A DNA stretch of 64,000 bases from Bacteroidota bacterium. Lineage in GTDB: Bacteria; Bacteroidota; JABWAT01. The translations under genes and the position numbers were made by a program. The stretch is taken from the NCBI GenBank assembly GCA_013360915.1, contig JABWAT010000002.1, positions 258,098 through 322,097 of the forward strand, in the 5' to 3' direction. Below the pieces are notes generated by a model. That model did no database searches and was not told where the DNA came from. It worked only from the letters and a program-made list of their open reading frames with translations. Shown here in pieces: positions 37,736 through 47,048 of the stretch; the first letter of the stretch is position 1, and every line of letters starts with the position of its first letter.

Positions 37736-38506
37736 ATGAAAAAGCTGCGGTTAGGACTTGTTGGTGTCGGACAGATGGGAACCCGCCTGATTGAACTGGC
37801 ACCCGAACGGGGCCACACCATTACTGCCGAGTTTAAGAGCAACTATCCTTTCACCGAGGAACGGATGATTCAGGCCAAGGACCGGGTTGATGTGTGGATC
37901 GATTTTTCCCATGCATCCCTTACTGAAAAACTGGTAAAGACCGTGTCTGAACATCAGCTTAAACTGGTGATTGGCACCACCGGTTGGTACGACAAGCTGG
38001 ATGATTATAAAGCCATGGTTCAGAATTCAGGAGCCGGTGTCATCTACGCCCCCAATTTTTCAACGGGCGTCTACACGTTTAATAAAATTGTTGAATTTGC
38101 GGCTTCCATCATGTCGAAGCTGAAAGCCTATGATGTGGCCATCCATGAAATTCATCATCATGAAAAACGGGATGCCCCGAGCGGAACCGCAAAATCATTG
38201 GCTCAGACACTTCTTACCCATTACAAGGCTTCCGGACTGAAGAAAAAGGTGGTACCTCTGGCTCCGGGAAACACCGACATTGCGGCAGATACCATTTACG
38301 TGTCTTCCTCCAGAGTAGGCCATGTGGTGGGTCGTCATGAAATTCAGTTCGACAGTGTGGAAGATTCCATCGGACTGATCCACGATGCACGCAGCCGGAA
38401 TGGTTTTGCACTCGGCGCCATACGGGCAACCGAATGGATTTATGACAAGCAGGGATTTTACAATCTCGACGATTTTTTTGCCGATTTATTGGGTAATCAG
38501 GAATGA
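37736..38506 (+). CDS. dapB: 4-hydroxy-tetrahydrodipicolinate reductase
   Basis: Rossmann N-terminus (GLVGVGQMG). EIHHHEKRDAPSGTA matches the DapB E(L/I)HHxxKxDAPSGTA motif. Start placed at the ATG that has an AAAGGA RBS. The ORF track uses the GTG at 37718. Confidence 0.8.
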   Translation: MKKLRLGLVGVGQMGTRLIELAPERGHTITAEFKSNYPFTEERMIQAKDRVDVWIDFSHASLTEKLVKTVSEHQLKLVIGTTGWYDKLDDYKAMVQNSGAGVIYAPNFSTGVYTFNKIVEFAASIMSKLKAYDVAIHEIHHHEKRDAPSGTAKSLAQTLLTHYKASGLKKKVVPLAPGNTDIAADTIYVSSSRVGHVVGRHEIQFDSVEDSIGLIHDARSRNGFALGAIRATEWIYDKQGFYNLDDFFADLLGNQE

Positions 38507-39396
38507 GAAGCCGGTTCCAGGGCTGTTTTACAGCGATTGTCACTCCAATGAACCCGGATGGGTCCATTGATTATCCATCGTTGCAGCGGTTGATTGACTG
38601 GCAGATCGGGCAGGGAATTCATGGACTCGTCGTGGCTGGTTCAACCGGTGAGGCGGCTACCCTGACAGATGAAGAGCAAACCGAATTAATCCGGTTTGTT
38701 GTGAAAACTGTCAATGGCCGTTGTGTGGTTATTGGCGGAGCCAGTTCCAATGTGACCCGTCAGGCCATCCGGCGGGCAGAAGTGGTTTCTGATCTGGGTG
38801 TGGATATGTTGCTTTCCACCTCACCCTACTACAACAAACCCACCATGAGCGGCATTGTCGAGCATTACCGTTTACAATCAGCGGCGAGCAAGGTACCGGT
38901 CATAGCGTATAACGTCCCCGGTCGCACCGGCAGCAATATCACTGCAGATACCACCCGTCGTTTGGAAGATTTGCCCAACATGGGAGGCATCAAGGAAGCT
39001 TCAGCCAGCGTGGTTCAGGTCCTTACCGTTTTAAAAAATCGTTCGCGGCGCGATTTCCATGTCTGGTTAGGAGAAGACTCCCACATGTTGCCGTTAATGG
39101 CCTGCGGCGCCGATGGACTGATTTCCGTGGCATCCAACGAGATTCCGGGACCGCTCAGCAAAGTTGCAGAACTTGCATTGGCCGGAAAAACAGCAGATGC
39201 AGCCGCTGTCTTTCTGAAAGTTCTCGATTTACTCGAGGCCAATTTCTGGGAATCGAATCCGATTCCGGTTAAGTACATCCTTTCCAGAATGGGATTTGTG
39301 CAGGAACAATACCGCCTGCCGCTGGTTCCTGCTTCTGATGCCACCAAAAAACGGCTGGATGATCTGGCCGCTTCCCTCGGATTGTATCATGTCTGA
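38503..39396 (+). CDS. dapA: 4-hydroxy-tetrahydrodipicolinate synthase
   Basis: TAIVTPM...G.ID, GLVV.GSTGE and the rest of the DapA/NAL fold. ATGA overlap with dapB. Confidence 0.85.
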   Translation: MRSRFQGCFTAIVTPMNPDGSIDYPSLQRLIDWQIGQGIHGLVVAGSTGEAATLTDEEQTELIRFVVKTVNGRCVVIGGASSNVTRQAIRRAEVVSDLGVDMLLSTSPYYNKPTMSGIVEHYRLQSAASKVPVIAYNVPGRTGSNITADTTRRLEDLPNMGGIKEASASVVQVLTVLKNRSRRDFHVWLGEDSHMLPLMACGADGLISVASNEIPGPLSKVAELALAGKTADAAAVFLKVLDLLEANFWESNPIPVKYILSRMGFVQEQYRLPLVPASDATKKRLDDLAASLGLYHV

Positions 39397-40231
39397 TTTA
39401 AAAAACCGCATCGGATCCGCCTTTCAGAAACCTGCATCGGAACTGACCGCAGAGGACCGACAGGCGTTTGATCAATTGCTGGCCGGATTGGAATCCGGAT
39501 CAATTCGGGCAGCTGAGCCGGGTGCAGATGGTTCCTGGTCGGTTAATCATTGGGTGAAACAGGGTATACTGGTGGGCTTCCGGTTGGGAATCATTTCCGA
39601 TCAATCCACCGGTGGATTTCCGTTTTTTGATAAAAACACCTATCCCATGCAAAATCTGAATGGCGTCGAACGGTCGGTGAGAATTGTTCCAGGTGGTTCA
39701 TCTGTCCGTCGCGGAGCCTTTCTTGGCAAAGGGGTGACATGCATGCCGCCGATGTATATCAACGTGGGTGCTTTTGTTGATGAAGGAACCATGGTGGATT
39801 CACATGCACTGGTCGGATCCTGTGCCCAGATTGGGAAACGGGTTCATTTGTCGGCTGCCGCCCAGATCGGTGGTGTGCTCGAGCCGGTCAATGCGCTTCC
39901 GGTGATCATTGAAGATGACGTGATGGTCGGTGGAAATACCGGAATCTACGAAGGCACCGTGGTTAAACGGGGCGCCGTCATCGGAACAGGTGTCATTCTG
40001 ACAGCCTCAACGCCTGTCTATGACCTGGTGAATGAAACAGTTTACCGCCGGACCGAACAAGGGCCCCTTACCATTCCGGTAAATGCAGTGGTGGTGCAGG
40101 GAAGCCGATCGGTGAAATCGGACTTTGCCCAACAGCACGGCCTGGCGATCTACACCCCGGTTATCATCAAATACAAAGACGATAAAACCACTGCCGCTGT
40201 TGCACTGGAATCGGCGCTCAGGCCGTTGTAG
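39389..40231 (+). CDS. dapD: 2,3,4,5-tetrahydropyridine-2,6-dicarboxylate N-succinyltransferase
   Basis: N-terminal domain similar to E. coli DapD (..IE.AF.......DR.A...L..LDSG..R.AE), then hexapeptide repeats. ATGTCTGA overlap with the dapA stop. Confidence 0.75.
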   Translation: MSDLKNRIGSAFQKPASELTAEDRQAFDQLLAGLESGSIRAAEPGADGSWSVNHWVKQGILVGFRLGIISDQSTGGFPFFDKNTYPMQNLNGVERSVRIVPGGSSVRRGAFLGKGVTCMPPMYINVGAFVDEGTMVDSHALVGSCAQIGKRVHLSAAAQIGGVLEPVNALPVIIEDDVMVGGNTGIYEGTVVKRGAVIGTGVILTASTPVYDLVNETVYRRTEQGPLTIPVNAVVVQGSRSVKSDFAQQHGLAIYTPVIIKYKDDKTTAAVALESALRPL

Positions 40232-40421
40232 GGGAAGTAGTCAGGAGGCAGGAGCCGGAATTCGGCCCTTCGAATACCCAAAGGCCTCGGTTAAATCAGT
40301 CACCAATCACCCATCACCGGCACTTCCTGATTTCGGATCACCGTTCTCTGTTCTCTGATCACTTTTTAAACCCATCTTCCCACCTTATTTTAGCTGATCT
40401 TGAAAGAAAGCAGGATTAGCC

Positions 40422-40868
40422 GTGAAAAGACTCTCTCCAGACGAATTAGCCCGTATCCGCCAGGCGGCCATACGGGAACTCGGTGCCGGTGCCCCGGAGC
40501 ACCAGATTCAGGAATTGGTCAATGCAGTGGTGGATGAAATGGAACGCGGGGCTCCTTCCATTACTTTGGGTGCTTCTGCTCCGCCCAGTTCCGATTCGGG
40601 CAAGGTGATTATCACCGCTTTCGGGAAAAACAGACCCGGGATCCTCTTTCAGATCAGCAAGACTTTATTCGAACTGTCAATGGATGTCCAGGATGTCAGT
40701 CAGAAAATCATGCAGGACTTTTTTACCCTGATCATGATCGTTGACCAAACCACCTCACCCGCCGATTTTGCCCAATTAAAAAGTCGTCTGAATCAGACGG
40801 CTGATGAAATGGGAATCCGGATCTTCGTGCAGCACGAGGATATTTTTAAATCGATGCACCGGGTCTGA
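40422..40868 (+). CDS. ACT-domain protein (UPF0237 family) with ~50-aa N-terminal extension
   Basis: GKVIITAFGKNRPGILFQISKTLFEL...FTLIMIVD is an ACT fold. The paired downstream UPF0210 gene is diagnostic of the UPF0237/UPF0210 pair. GTG start as given in the ORF track. Confidence 0.6.
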   Translation: MKRLSPDELARIRQAAIRELGAGAPEHQIQELVNAVVDEMERGAPSITLGASAPPSSDSGKVIITAFGKNRPGILFQISKTLFELSMDVQDVSQKIMQDFFTLIMIVDQTTSPADFAQLKSRLNQTADEMGIRIFVQHEDIFKSMHRV

Positions 40869-40871
40869 CGC

Positions 40872-42236
40872 ATGTCTTCATACGATTTTAACGAGATTAT
40901 TCAAACCATCCGGATGACGGAACTGGATCATTTTGATATCCGGACTGTCACACTTGGTATTTCCCTGCGCGACTGTCAGTCGAGGAATGCTGAAACCACC
41001 TCACAGAAAATTTACGACAAAATCACACGGGTGGCTTCCCGGCATGTTGAAAATGCCCGGAAAGTGGAAAGCATGTTCGGAATCTCCATTGCCAATAAGC
41101 GCATTTCTGTTACCCCCATTGCCATTGCCTGTGACGGACTGACTGCTGATGAATTTGTGAAGATTGCAGAAACCCTCGACCGGGCCGCCGGAGAGTGTGG
41201 TGTGGATTTTATTGCAGGTTATTCAGCACTGGTTCAGAAGGGTTATACCAACGGAGACAGGGAACTGATTAAATCCATTCCAGAAGCACTTGCCCGTACG
41301 AAACGGGTATGTTCTTCGGTCAATGTGGCTTCGACCAAGGCCGGCATCAACATGGATGCTGTGCTCGAAATGGCTCATGTGATCAAGAAAACCGGGGTTC
41401 TTACCCAGGATCAGGATGGGATCGGATGTGCCAAACTGGTTGTTTTCTGTAATGTTCCTGAAGATAACCCATTTGTGGCCGGCGCTTTTCATGGTGTGAC
41501 CGAACCTGAAGTCGTTTTGAATGTGGGAATATCGGGTCCCGGCGTGGTGCTCGATACCATCCGCCGGCTCGGAAAGGTTTCCATGCCAGATCTTGCAGAA
41601 GCGGTTAAGAAAACATCGTTCCGTATCACCCGGGCAGGCGAAATTATCGGACAGAAAGTGGCACAGGGGCTGGGTGTTCCGTTTGGAATCGTTGATTTAT
41701 CCCTGGCTCCCACACCGGCTATCGGCGACAGCATTGCCGACATTCTCGAGGCCATGGGTCTGGAATCGGTTGGTGCTCCCGGAACGACGGCTGCGCTGGC
41801 ATTACTGAATGAGTCGGTGAAAAAAGGGGGACTGATGGCCAGTTCTCAGGTGGGCGGAATGAGTGGTGCGTTCATCCCGGTCAGCGAAGATGCCGGGATG
41901 ATCCGTGCCGCCGAGAAAGGGCACCTGAGCATCGAAAAGCTTGAAGCGATGACAGCCGTTTGCTCGGTGGGTCTGGATATGATTGCCATTCCTGGTAAGA
42001 CCCCAGCCGAGACCATTGCCGGCATTATTGCGGATGAATGTGCCATCGGTATGGTAAATAATAAAACCACAGCGGTCCGGATTCTTCCCATTCACGGAAA
42101 GGATGTGGGTGATGTGGTTGATTACGGCGGGTTACTGGGACGGGCACCCATCATGCCAGTCAGGAATCTTGACTGTTCGGTTTTCGTAACACGTGGCGGC
42201 CGGATCCCACCCCCGGTCCGGAGCCTGACAAACTGA
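40872..42236 (+). CDS. UPF0210 (DUF711, PFL-like) protein
   Basis: [16 protein letters not shown]...[10 protein letters not shown] is the conserved UPF0210 N-terminus. 454 aa. Confidence 0.7.
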   Translation: MSSYDFNEIIQTIRMTELDHFDIRTVTLGISLRDCQSRNAETTSQKIYDKITRVASRHVENARKVESMFGISIANKRISVTPIAIACDGLTADEFVKIAETLDRAAGECGVDFIAGYSALVQKGYTNGDRELIKSIPEALARTKRVCSSVNVASTKAGINMDAVLEMAHVIKKTGVLTQDQDGIGCAKLVVFCNVPEDNPFVAGAFHGVTEPEVVLNVGISGPGVVLDTIRRLGKVSMPDLAEAVKKTSFRITRAGEIIGQKVAQGLGVPFGIVDLSLAPTPAIGDSIADILEAMGLESVGAPGTTAALALLNESVKKGGLMASSQVGGMSGAFIPVSEDAGMIRAAEKGHLSIEKLEAMTAVCSVGLDMIAIPGKTPAETIAGIIADECAIGMVNNKTTAVRILPIHGKDVGDVVDYGGLLGRAPIMPVRNLDCSVFVTRGGRIPPPVRSLTN

Positions 42237-42292
42237 CATCCGGCATGGGATTTGACTCTCTGGCCGGATAACCAAAAAAAGGAAGCATTCAA

Positions 42293-42898
42293 ATGAGTAA
42301 AACTGCAATCATTCTCCTGAGCATCTTTGGAGGATTTCTGGTCCTGGCTCTTGTTATCGGACTCTGGCTGGCCGGTCAGTACAACACCATGGTCACCCTG
42401 AACGAAACCGTGGACAATGCCTGGTCCAAAGTTCAGTCAGACTATCAGCGGAGATCCGATCTGATTCCCAATCTGGTCAGCACCGTGAAAGGATTTGCCG
42501 GCCAGGAACAAACGGTTCTGCTGGGTGTCACCGAAGCCCGTTCCCGGGTGGGACAGATGAACGTATCAAAGGATGTACTTGATGATCCTCAGGCGTTTAA
42601 ACGGTTCAGCCAGGCCCAATCGGAACTTGGTGGTGCTTTGAGCCGCCTTCTGGTTGTTTCAGAAAACTACCCGCAGCTGAAGTCGGATGCCAACTTCCTT
42701 GACCTACAGGCTCAGCTGGAAGGCACCGAAAACCGCATCAAGAAATCACGTGATGATTTTAACAATACGGTTCAGGCTTATAACACTGCAATTAAAACAT
42801 TCCCCAAGGTTCTTCTGGCCGGATTGTTTGGTTTTAACCCCAAGCAATATTTCGAAGCCTCTGAAGGATCGGAAAACGCACCAAAGGTTGAATTTTGA
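42293..42898 (+). CDS. LemA family membrane protein
   Basis: N-terminal TM, then QYNTMV.L.E.VDNAWS.VQS.YQRRSDLIPNLV.TVKG, which is the LemA signature. Confidence 0.8.
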   Translation: MSKTAIILLSIFGGFLVLALVIGLWLAGQYNTMVTLNETVDNAWSKVQSDYQRRSDLIPNLVSTVKGFAGQEQTVLLGVTEARSRVGQMNVSKDVLDDPQAFKRFSQAQSELGGALSRLLVVSENYPQLKSDANFLDLQAQLEGTENRIKKSRDDFNNTVQAYNTAIKTFPKVLLAGLFGFNPKQYFEASEGSENAPKVEF

Positions 42899-43704
42899 TC
42901 CGTCAAATTCTGCTGACCTTTCTTCTTTGTCTGGGACTGGCTTTTCCGGCCAGTGCTCAGACGGTTGAAGACATCATTCAGAATAAAAACTGGGTGATGG
43001 ATTATGCCGGACTGTTTTCCCCTCAGGCATTTGAGTACGCATCCGATTCCCTCTACCGGTTTTCGACCCGTACCGGCAATCAGATCAATATTCTGACTTT
43101 GAAGGAGATTCCGAATGGGGAGGACATTTTCACCTTTTCGATGAAAGTCGCTGAGGGACGACGGATTGGTCAGCAGGGATTGGATAACGGTGTTCTGGTT
43201 GTCATCACCACCACCGGAAGACGGGAATTCAGAATTTATCCCGGCCGTGGCCTTGAAGCGGTACTTCCCGATGCCTCTATTAAGCGTTTTTTCAGGGAAG
43301 TGGCTGTGCCGCTGCTTAAAGCGGGTGAGTTTGATAATGTACTGATGGTGACCATCGGGTTTATAGCCCGCGCCGCAGAAGGTGAGTTTGCCGTTGCAGA
43401 AAAGAAGAAAGACGGTCCGGTTGTTCCCGGTATTGCCTTTGTCATCTTTATCGTTGTTATGATCCTGTTATTCTCAGTCCTTTCCCGATTGACCCGCCGG
43501 TCCCGGTCATTGGGAATTCATCCCGGAACCGGAAAACGGTCCCGCCCATCAACCGATGCCTCTGCGCTTCCCTTTATTCTGCCACTGATTTTTGGTAGTG
43601 GCCGCGGGGGTGGTGGATTCGGGGGTGGTTCATCGGGCGGATGGGGCGGATTTTCGGGGGGCGGCGGTTCCTTCGGAGGAGGAGGCAGCGGTGGAAGCTG
43701 GTAA
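42895..43704 (+). CDS. TPM-domain (TLP18.3/Psb32/MOLO-1) protein with Gly-rich C-terminal tail
   Basis: Signal peptide. DYAGLFS...GNQI.ILTL...FS. C-terminal TM and GGGGFGGGSSGGWGGFSGGGGSFGGGGSGG tail typical of YgcG-like TPM proteins. ATGA overlap with lemA. Confidence 0.75.
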   Translation: MIRQILLTFLLCLGLAFPASAQTVEDIIQNKNWVMDYAGLFSPQAFEYASDSLYRFSTRTGNQINILTLKEIPNGEDIFTFSMKVAEGRRIGQQGLDNGVLVVITTTGRREFRIYPGRGLEAVLPDASIKRFFREVAVPLLKAGEFDNVLMVTIGFIARAAEGEFAVAEKKKDGPVVPGIAFVIFIVVMILLFSVLSRLTRRSRSLGIHPGTGKRSRPSTDASALPFILPLIFGSGRGGGGFGGGSSGGWGGFSGGGGSFGGGGSGGSW

Positions 43705-45022
43705 AAAGATTGGGTTCATCGGTTTGGCTCTTGCCATTCTCTCCGCATGTTCCACACAACGTCAGAGTTCGGTCCAACAAGACTTAGATGCCTATACCGG
43801 TGCCAACCGGTCTGTTGCCTTTACGAAACTGACCGAAAAGGAAACTGGCTACCCGTTGGTCATTCTGGATTATACACTTGATCTGAAGCGGACCACACCG
43901 GTTGAAATTGCCTTTTTCGATCAGTTTCCGGTTTTTTTCAGTCAGGATATCCGAATCAGGACCACCTCTTCTTTCAGTGGCCCTGTGTACCTTCCGGCGC
44001 CGGTGCCACGTTTTTCATCCTCGGTGGATCTGTATATCTCCGTCCTCCACAACGGTGAGTGGAAAACGTATGTGACTAATGATCTTCAGTCATTTCTGAA
44101 AACGTACAAAGGTCGGTATGAACCAGGCTGGGACAGCTCTCCCCATTTTGTTATGGATGGAATTAAGCCAGATACCGAAATCCATCTCAGCCTGGTACAG
44201 CAGTTTTCATCACAGGAAAACACCATCCCTGTCGTTTTCCCCGGGAAGGCCTTTTTACGACAATTTTCCTTCAGTCTGAACCAGAAAACCGATTGGGGCG
44301 GCATTGACCTGTTAACCACGTTGCCTTTACTGAAAACTGAAAATCAACGTTCAACGCTCGTAGATGATATGTTGACTGAAGGTGTGGTTAAAACATCCAA
44401 CACCATTAAACCACTATCCGTCCTCGAATTCCGCAATTGGGAAATTTCACCTGCCGATTACCTGATTGTCTCTAAACCAGGGCTTTCTGTGAGCCCGGTA
44501 ATTCAGGAGTCCGGAAAACCGGTTTGTTTCAATCCGGTTAATGGGCCAACGGATCCGATTGCGAACAGACTGTTAAACCGTCTGATCTGGCCCGGCCTGG
44601 ACTTCTCTGAATTTCGCAGAAATCCCTGGATCATTTCCTTTGTTTCCGATTTAAGGGAAGCAACCGGCAATGACAGCATTGCGGTGATTTTTCCAGGAAA
44701 AAACACAGAAAAGCGCGATCACATTACCCGATGGATGAAAAAGGCTGTTTTCAATGAACAAACACTGGAAACCGGCATACCTCCCCTTTTTGCGGGCATC
44801 TACCCCGAGTGGCCGCTTCTGGTTACCGGTTTTTCCTGGATGATCAGCAGCAAGGTCGAAACCGTCAGCATGAAAATCGGTCCGGCGGAACCATACCAGT
44901 CTTCTGTCCTGTTTTTCATTCCGACAGATTCATCAGAAAATTCCACTGGTAATTCCTATAATTTCGATTTTTCGAAATCGTCTGCTGTTAAAGTTTATTG
45001 GTTATTTCCTCAGAAAAAATAA
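43691..45022 (+). CDS. hypothetical lipoprotein (third gene of the LemA-TPM operon)
   Basis: Proposed GTG start at 43691 gives MEAGKKIGFIGLALAILSAC (lipobox). No recognisable domain. The ORF track's upstream ATG at 43592 lies deep inside the TPM gene. Confidence 0.45.
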   Translation: MEAGKKIGFIGLALAILSACSTQRQSSVQQDLDAYTGANRSVAFTKLTEKETGYPLVILDYTLDLKRTTPVEIAFFDQFPVFFSQDIRIRTTSSFSGPVYLPAPVPRFSSSVDLYISVLHNGEWKTYVTNDLQSFLKTYKGRYEPGWDSSPHFVMDGIKPDTEIHLSLVQQFSSQENTIPVVFPGKAFLRQFSFSLNQKTDWGGIDLLTTLPLLKTENQRSTLVDDMLTEGVVKTSNTIKPLSVLEFRNWEISPADYLIVSKPGLSVSPVIQESGKPVCFNPVNGPTDPIANRLLNRLIWPGLDFSEFRRNPWIISFVSDLREATGNDSIAVIFPGKNTEKRDHITRWMKKAVFNEQTLETGIPPLFAGIYPEWPLLVTGFSWMISSKVETVSMKIGPAEPYQSSVLFFIPTDSSENSTGNSYNFDFSKSSAVKVYWLFPQKK

Positions 45023-45031
45023 AAAACACTG

Positions 45032-46063
45032 ATGCTTTTATTACTCGACCTTAACACCCCCGAAGAACGGATCAGTCATATCGAGGACCGCATCAGGGAA
45101 TTACGGCTGACGCCCCATCGGATTCCCGGTGCCCATCGTCTGGCCATCGGTATTACTGGAAATAAATCAGGAATCAGTGACGATATTTTCCTTTCCATGC
45201 CCGGTGTGCTCGAGGTTCACCGGATTTCCAAACCTTTCAAACTCGTCAGCCGGGAAATGAAACCCGATGACACCATTATCATGGTGAAAGGTGTTCCGAT
45301 CGGAGGAACCCATTTTTCGCTGATGGCTGGTCCCTGTTCGGTGGAAAGCCGTGATCAGATCATGCGAACAGCGGAACGGGTGGCAGAAGATGGTGCACAG
45401 TTTCTGCGCGGGGGTGCTTTTAAACCCCGTTCATCCCCCTACAGTTTTCAGGGGCTTAAGCAGGAAGGATTGAAACTCATCCGGCAGGCCGCTGATGAAT
45501 TTGGTCTCCGGGTGGTAACCGAACTGATGAATCCCGATCATTTTGAAGAGGTGGAACACCACGCCGATATTATTCAGATCGGTGCGCGGAATATGCAAAA
45601 CTTTTCTATGCTGGAAATGTTGGGCCGTTCCCGCCGTCCGATTTTACTGAAACGGGGATTGAGTGCCACCATTGAAGAATGGCTGCTTTCTGCCGAATAC
45701 ATTATGGCAAATGGCAATCCCAATGTGATCCTGTGTGAAAGGGGAATCCGGACGTTTGAAACGTATACCCGGAATACCCTCGATCTGAATGCAATCCCAG
45801 TGATCAAGAAGCTGAGCCACCTTCCGATTCTGGTCGATCCGAGCCATGGAATCGGTTTATGGGATGGGGTGGCGGCCATGGCGCGTGCCGGAGTGGCGGC
45901 AGGAGCAGATGGACTTATCATTGAAGTCCATCCCGATCCTGAAACGGCCCTGTCCGATGGACCTCAGTCGCTGAAATTCAAGACCTTTTCTGCATTGGCC
46001 GGCCAGCTGAGACAATTGGTACCCCTGTTAGGCAAGGATTGGCCTGAAAGGGACCGGGCATGA
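45032..46063 (+). CDS. aroF: 3-deoxy-7-phosphoheptulonate (DAHP) synthase, type I-beta with N-terminal regulatory domain
   Basis: GPCSVES...GA.FLRGGAFKPR.SPYSFQGL...IGARNMQNF.ML matches the KDO8PS-like DAHP synthase core (Thermotoga type). Confidence 0.75.
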   Translation: MLLLLDLNTPEERISHIEDRIRELRLTPHRIPGAHRLAIGITGNKSGISDDIFLSMPGVLEVHRISKPFKLVSREMKPDDTIIMVKGVPIGGTHFSLMAGPCSVESRDQIMRTAERVAEDGAQFLRGGAFKPRSSPYSFQGLKQEGLKLIRQAADEFGLRVVTELMNPDHFEEVEHHADIIQIGARNMQNFSMLEMLGRSRRPILLKRGLSATIEEWLLSAEYIMANGNPNVILCERGIRTFETYTRNTLDLNAIPVIKKLSHLPILVDPSHGIGLWDGVAAMARAGVAAGADGLIIEVHPDPETALSDGPQSLKFKTFSALAGQLRQLVPLLGKDWPERDRA

Positions 46064-46917
46064 GTGACGAAAAGTCCGGACTACGGCTGGCGCTCATTCA
46101 GACCGACAGTCGTCTGTGTGATCTGAAATCGAATACCATTGCTCACCGTGAACTTGCCCGGAAGGCCATTGAGTCCGGGGCAAATCTGGTTATTTTTCCT
46201 GAGCTGTCCCTGTCAGGTTATCAGCTGATGGATGCCACGTATGATCTTGCAATCACTCCGGATTCCTCACTTTTCGATGAATTTAAACCACTCAGTATGT
46301 TTGCTCCCATCCTGACCGGTGCACCTGAACGCGGAGCGGATGGCCAGATTTTCAACTCGGTCTTTCTGATTGATAACGGAGAAGTAAGGGTCGTTCACCG
46401 GAAACGGTATCTGCCGACTTATAACGTGTTTGATGAATCGCGGTTCTTTTCTGCCGGAAAAGAGATTCAGCCTGCTGACACCCGGGTTGGCAAGCTCGGG
46501 ATACTCATCTGTGAAGATTCCTGGCATCCCACACTGGCCTGGCTGCACGCACAACAGCAGGCCGATCTTCTTATTATCATGGCGGCCTCTCCTTACCGGA
46601 GTGAGCTTGCAGTAGAAACACTTGATATCAGGAGTAAATGGAAAGCGATTGCCCAATCCTACGCCATTACCCTAAGTCTGCCTGTGGCGGTTTGTAACCG
46701 GGTGGGCAGTGAGGATGGCATTTTGTTCTGGGGCGGATCAGCTGTTTATAAAGCGGGAGGGCAACAGCTTGCAGAAGCGCCCCTTTTTGAGCCGACCGAA
46801 CTGGTCGCCACGCTGAACACTCAGGACCGCAACCGGGAGCGTTATTCAAGCACGCATTTTCTTGATGACGATCAGCTCTGGTTCCAAAACCAGACGAGCA
46901 AACTCAGCAAGACCTGA
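46060..46917 (+). CDS. carbon-nitrogen hydrolase (nitrilase superfamily)
   Basis: LALIQTD...VIFPELSLSGY. The ILICEDSWHP block holds the catalytic Cys, with Glu and Lys upstream. ATGA overlap with aroF. Confidence 0.75.
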   Translation: MSDEKSGLRLALIQTDSRLCDLKSNTIAHRELARKAIESGANLVIFPELSLSGYQLMDATYDLAITPDSSLFDEFKPLSMFAPILTGAPERGADGQIFNSVFLIDNGEVRVVHRKRYLPTYNVFDESRFFSAGKEIQPADTRVGKLGILICEDSWHPTLAWLHAQQQADLLIIMAASPYRSELAVETLDIRSKWKAIAQSYAITLSLPVAVCNRVGSEDGILFWGGSAVYKAGGQQLAEAPLFEPTELVATLNTQDRNRERYSSTHFLDDDQLWFQNQTSKLSKT

Positions 46918-47048
46918 ACGGGGTTGGTTTTACCCCTGATTAAAACACCCTAAAATCACAGGCTGGTTACCAGGTCATACGATCAAATCTGTAAATTCAT
47001 TGTATATTTGACCCGGACCGTTTTCAATACCGGGGTTGTCCGTTATTC

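Noticed and set aside
40232-40421. GCCGGAATTCGGC palindrome and surrounding 190-nt gap between dapD and the ACT-domain gene as a terminator or ncRNA
   Set aside because: The stem is short, with no following T-run. There is insufficient evidence, so it is probably just an operon boundary/promoter region.
43592-43690. ORF-track start at 43592 for the post-TPM lipoprotein (MVVAAGVV...)
   Set aside because: It would overlap 110 nt of the TPM gene and encode a non-signal N-terminus. A GTG at 43691 gives a proper lipoprotein signal peptide directly at the TPM stop.
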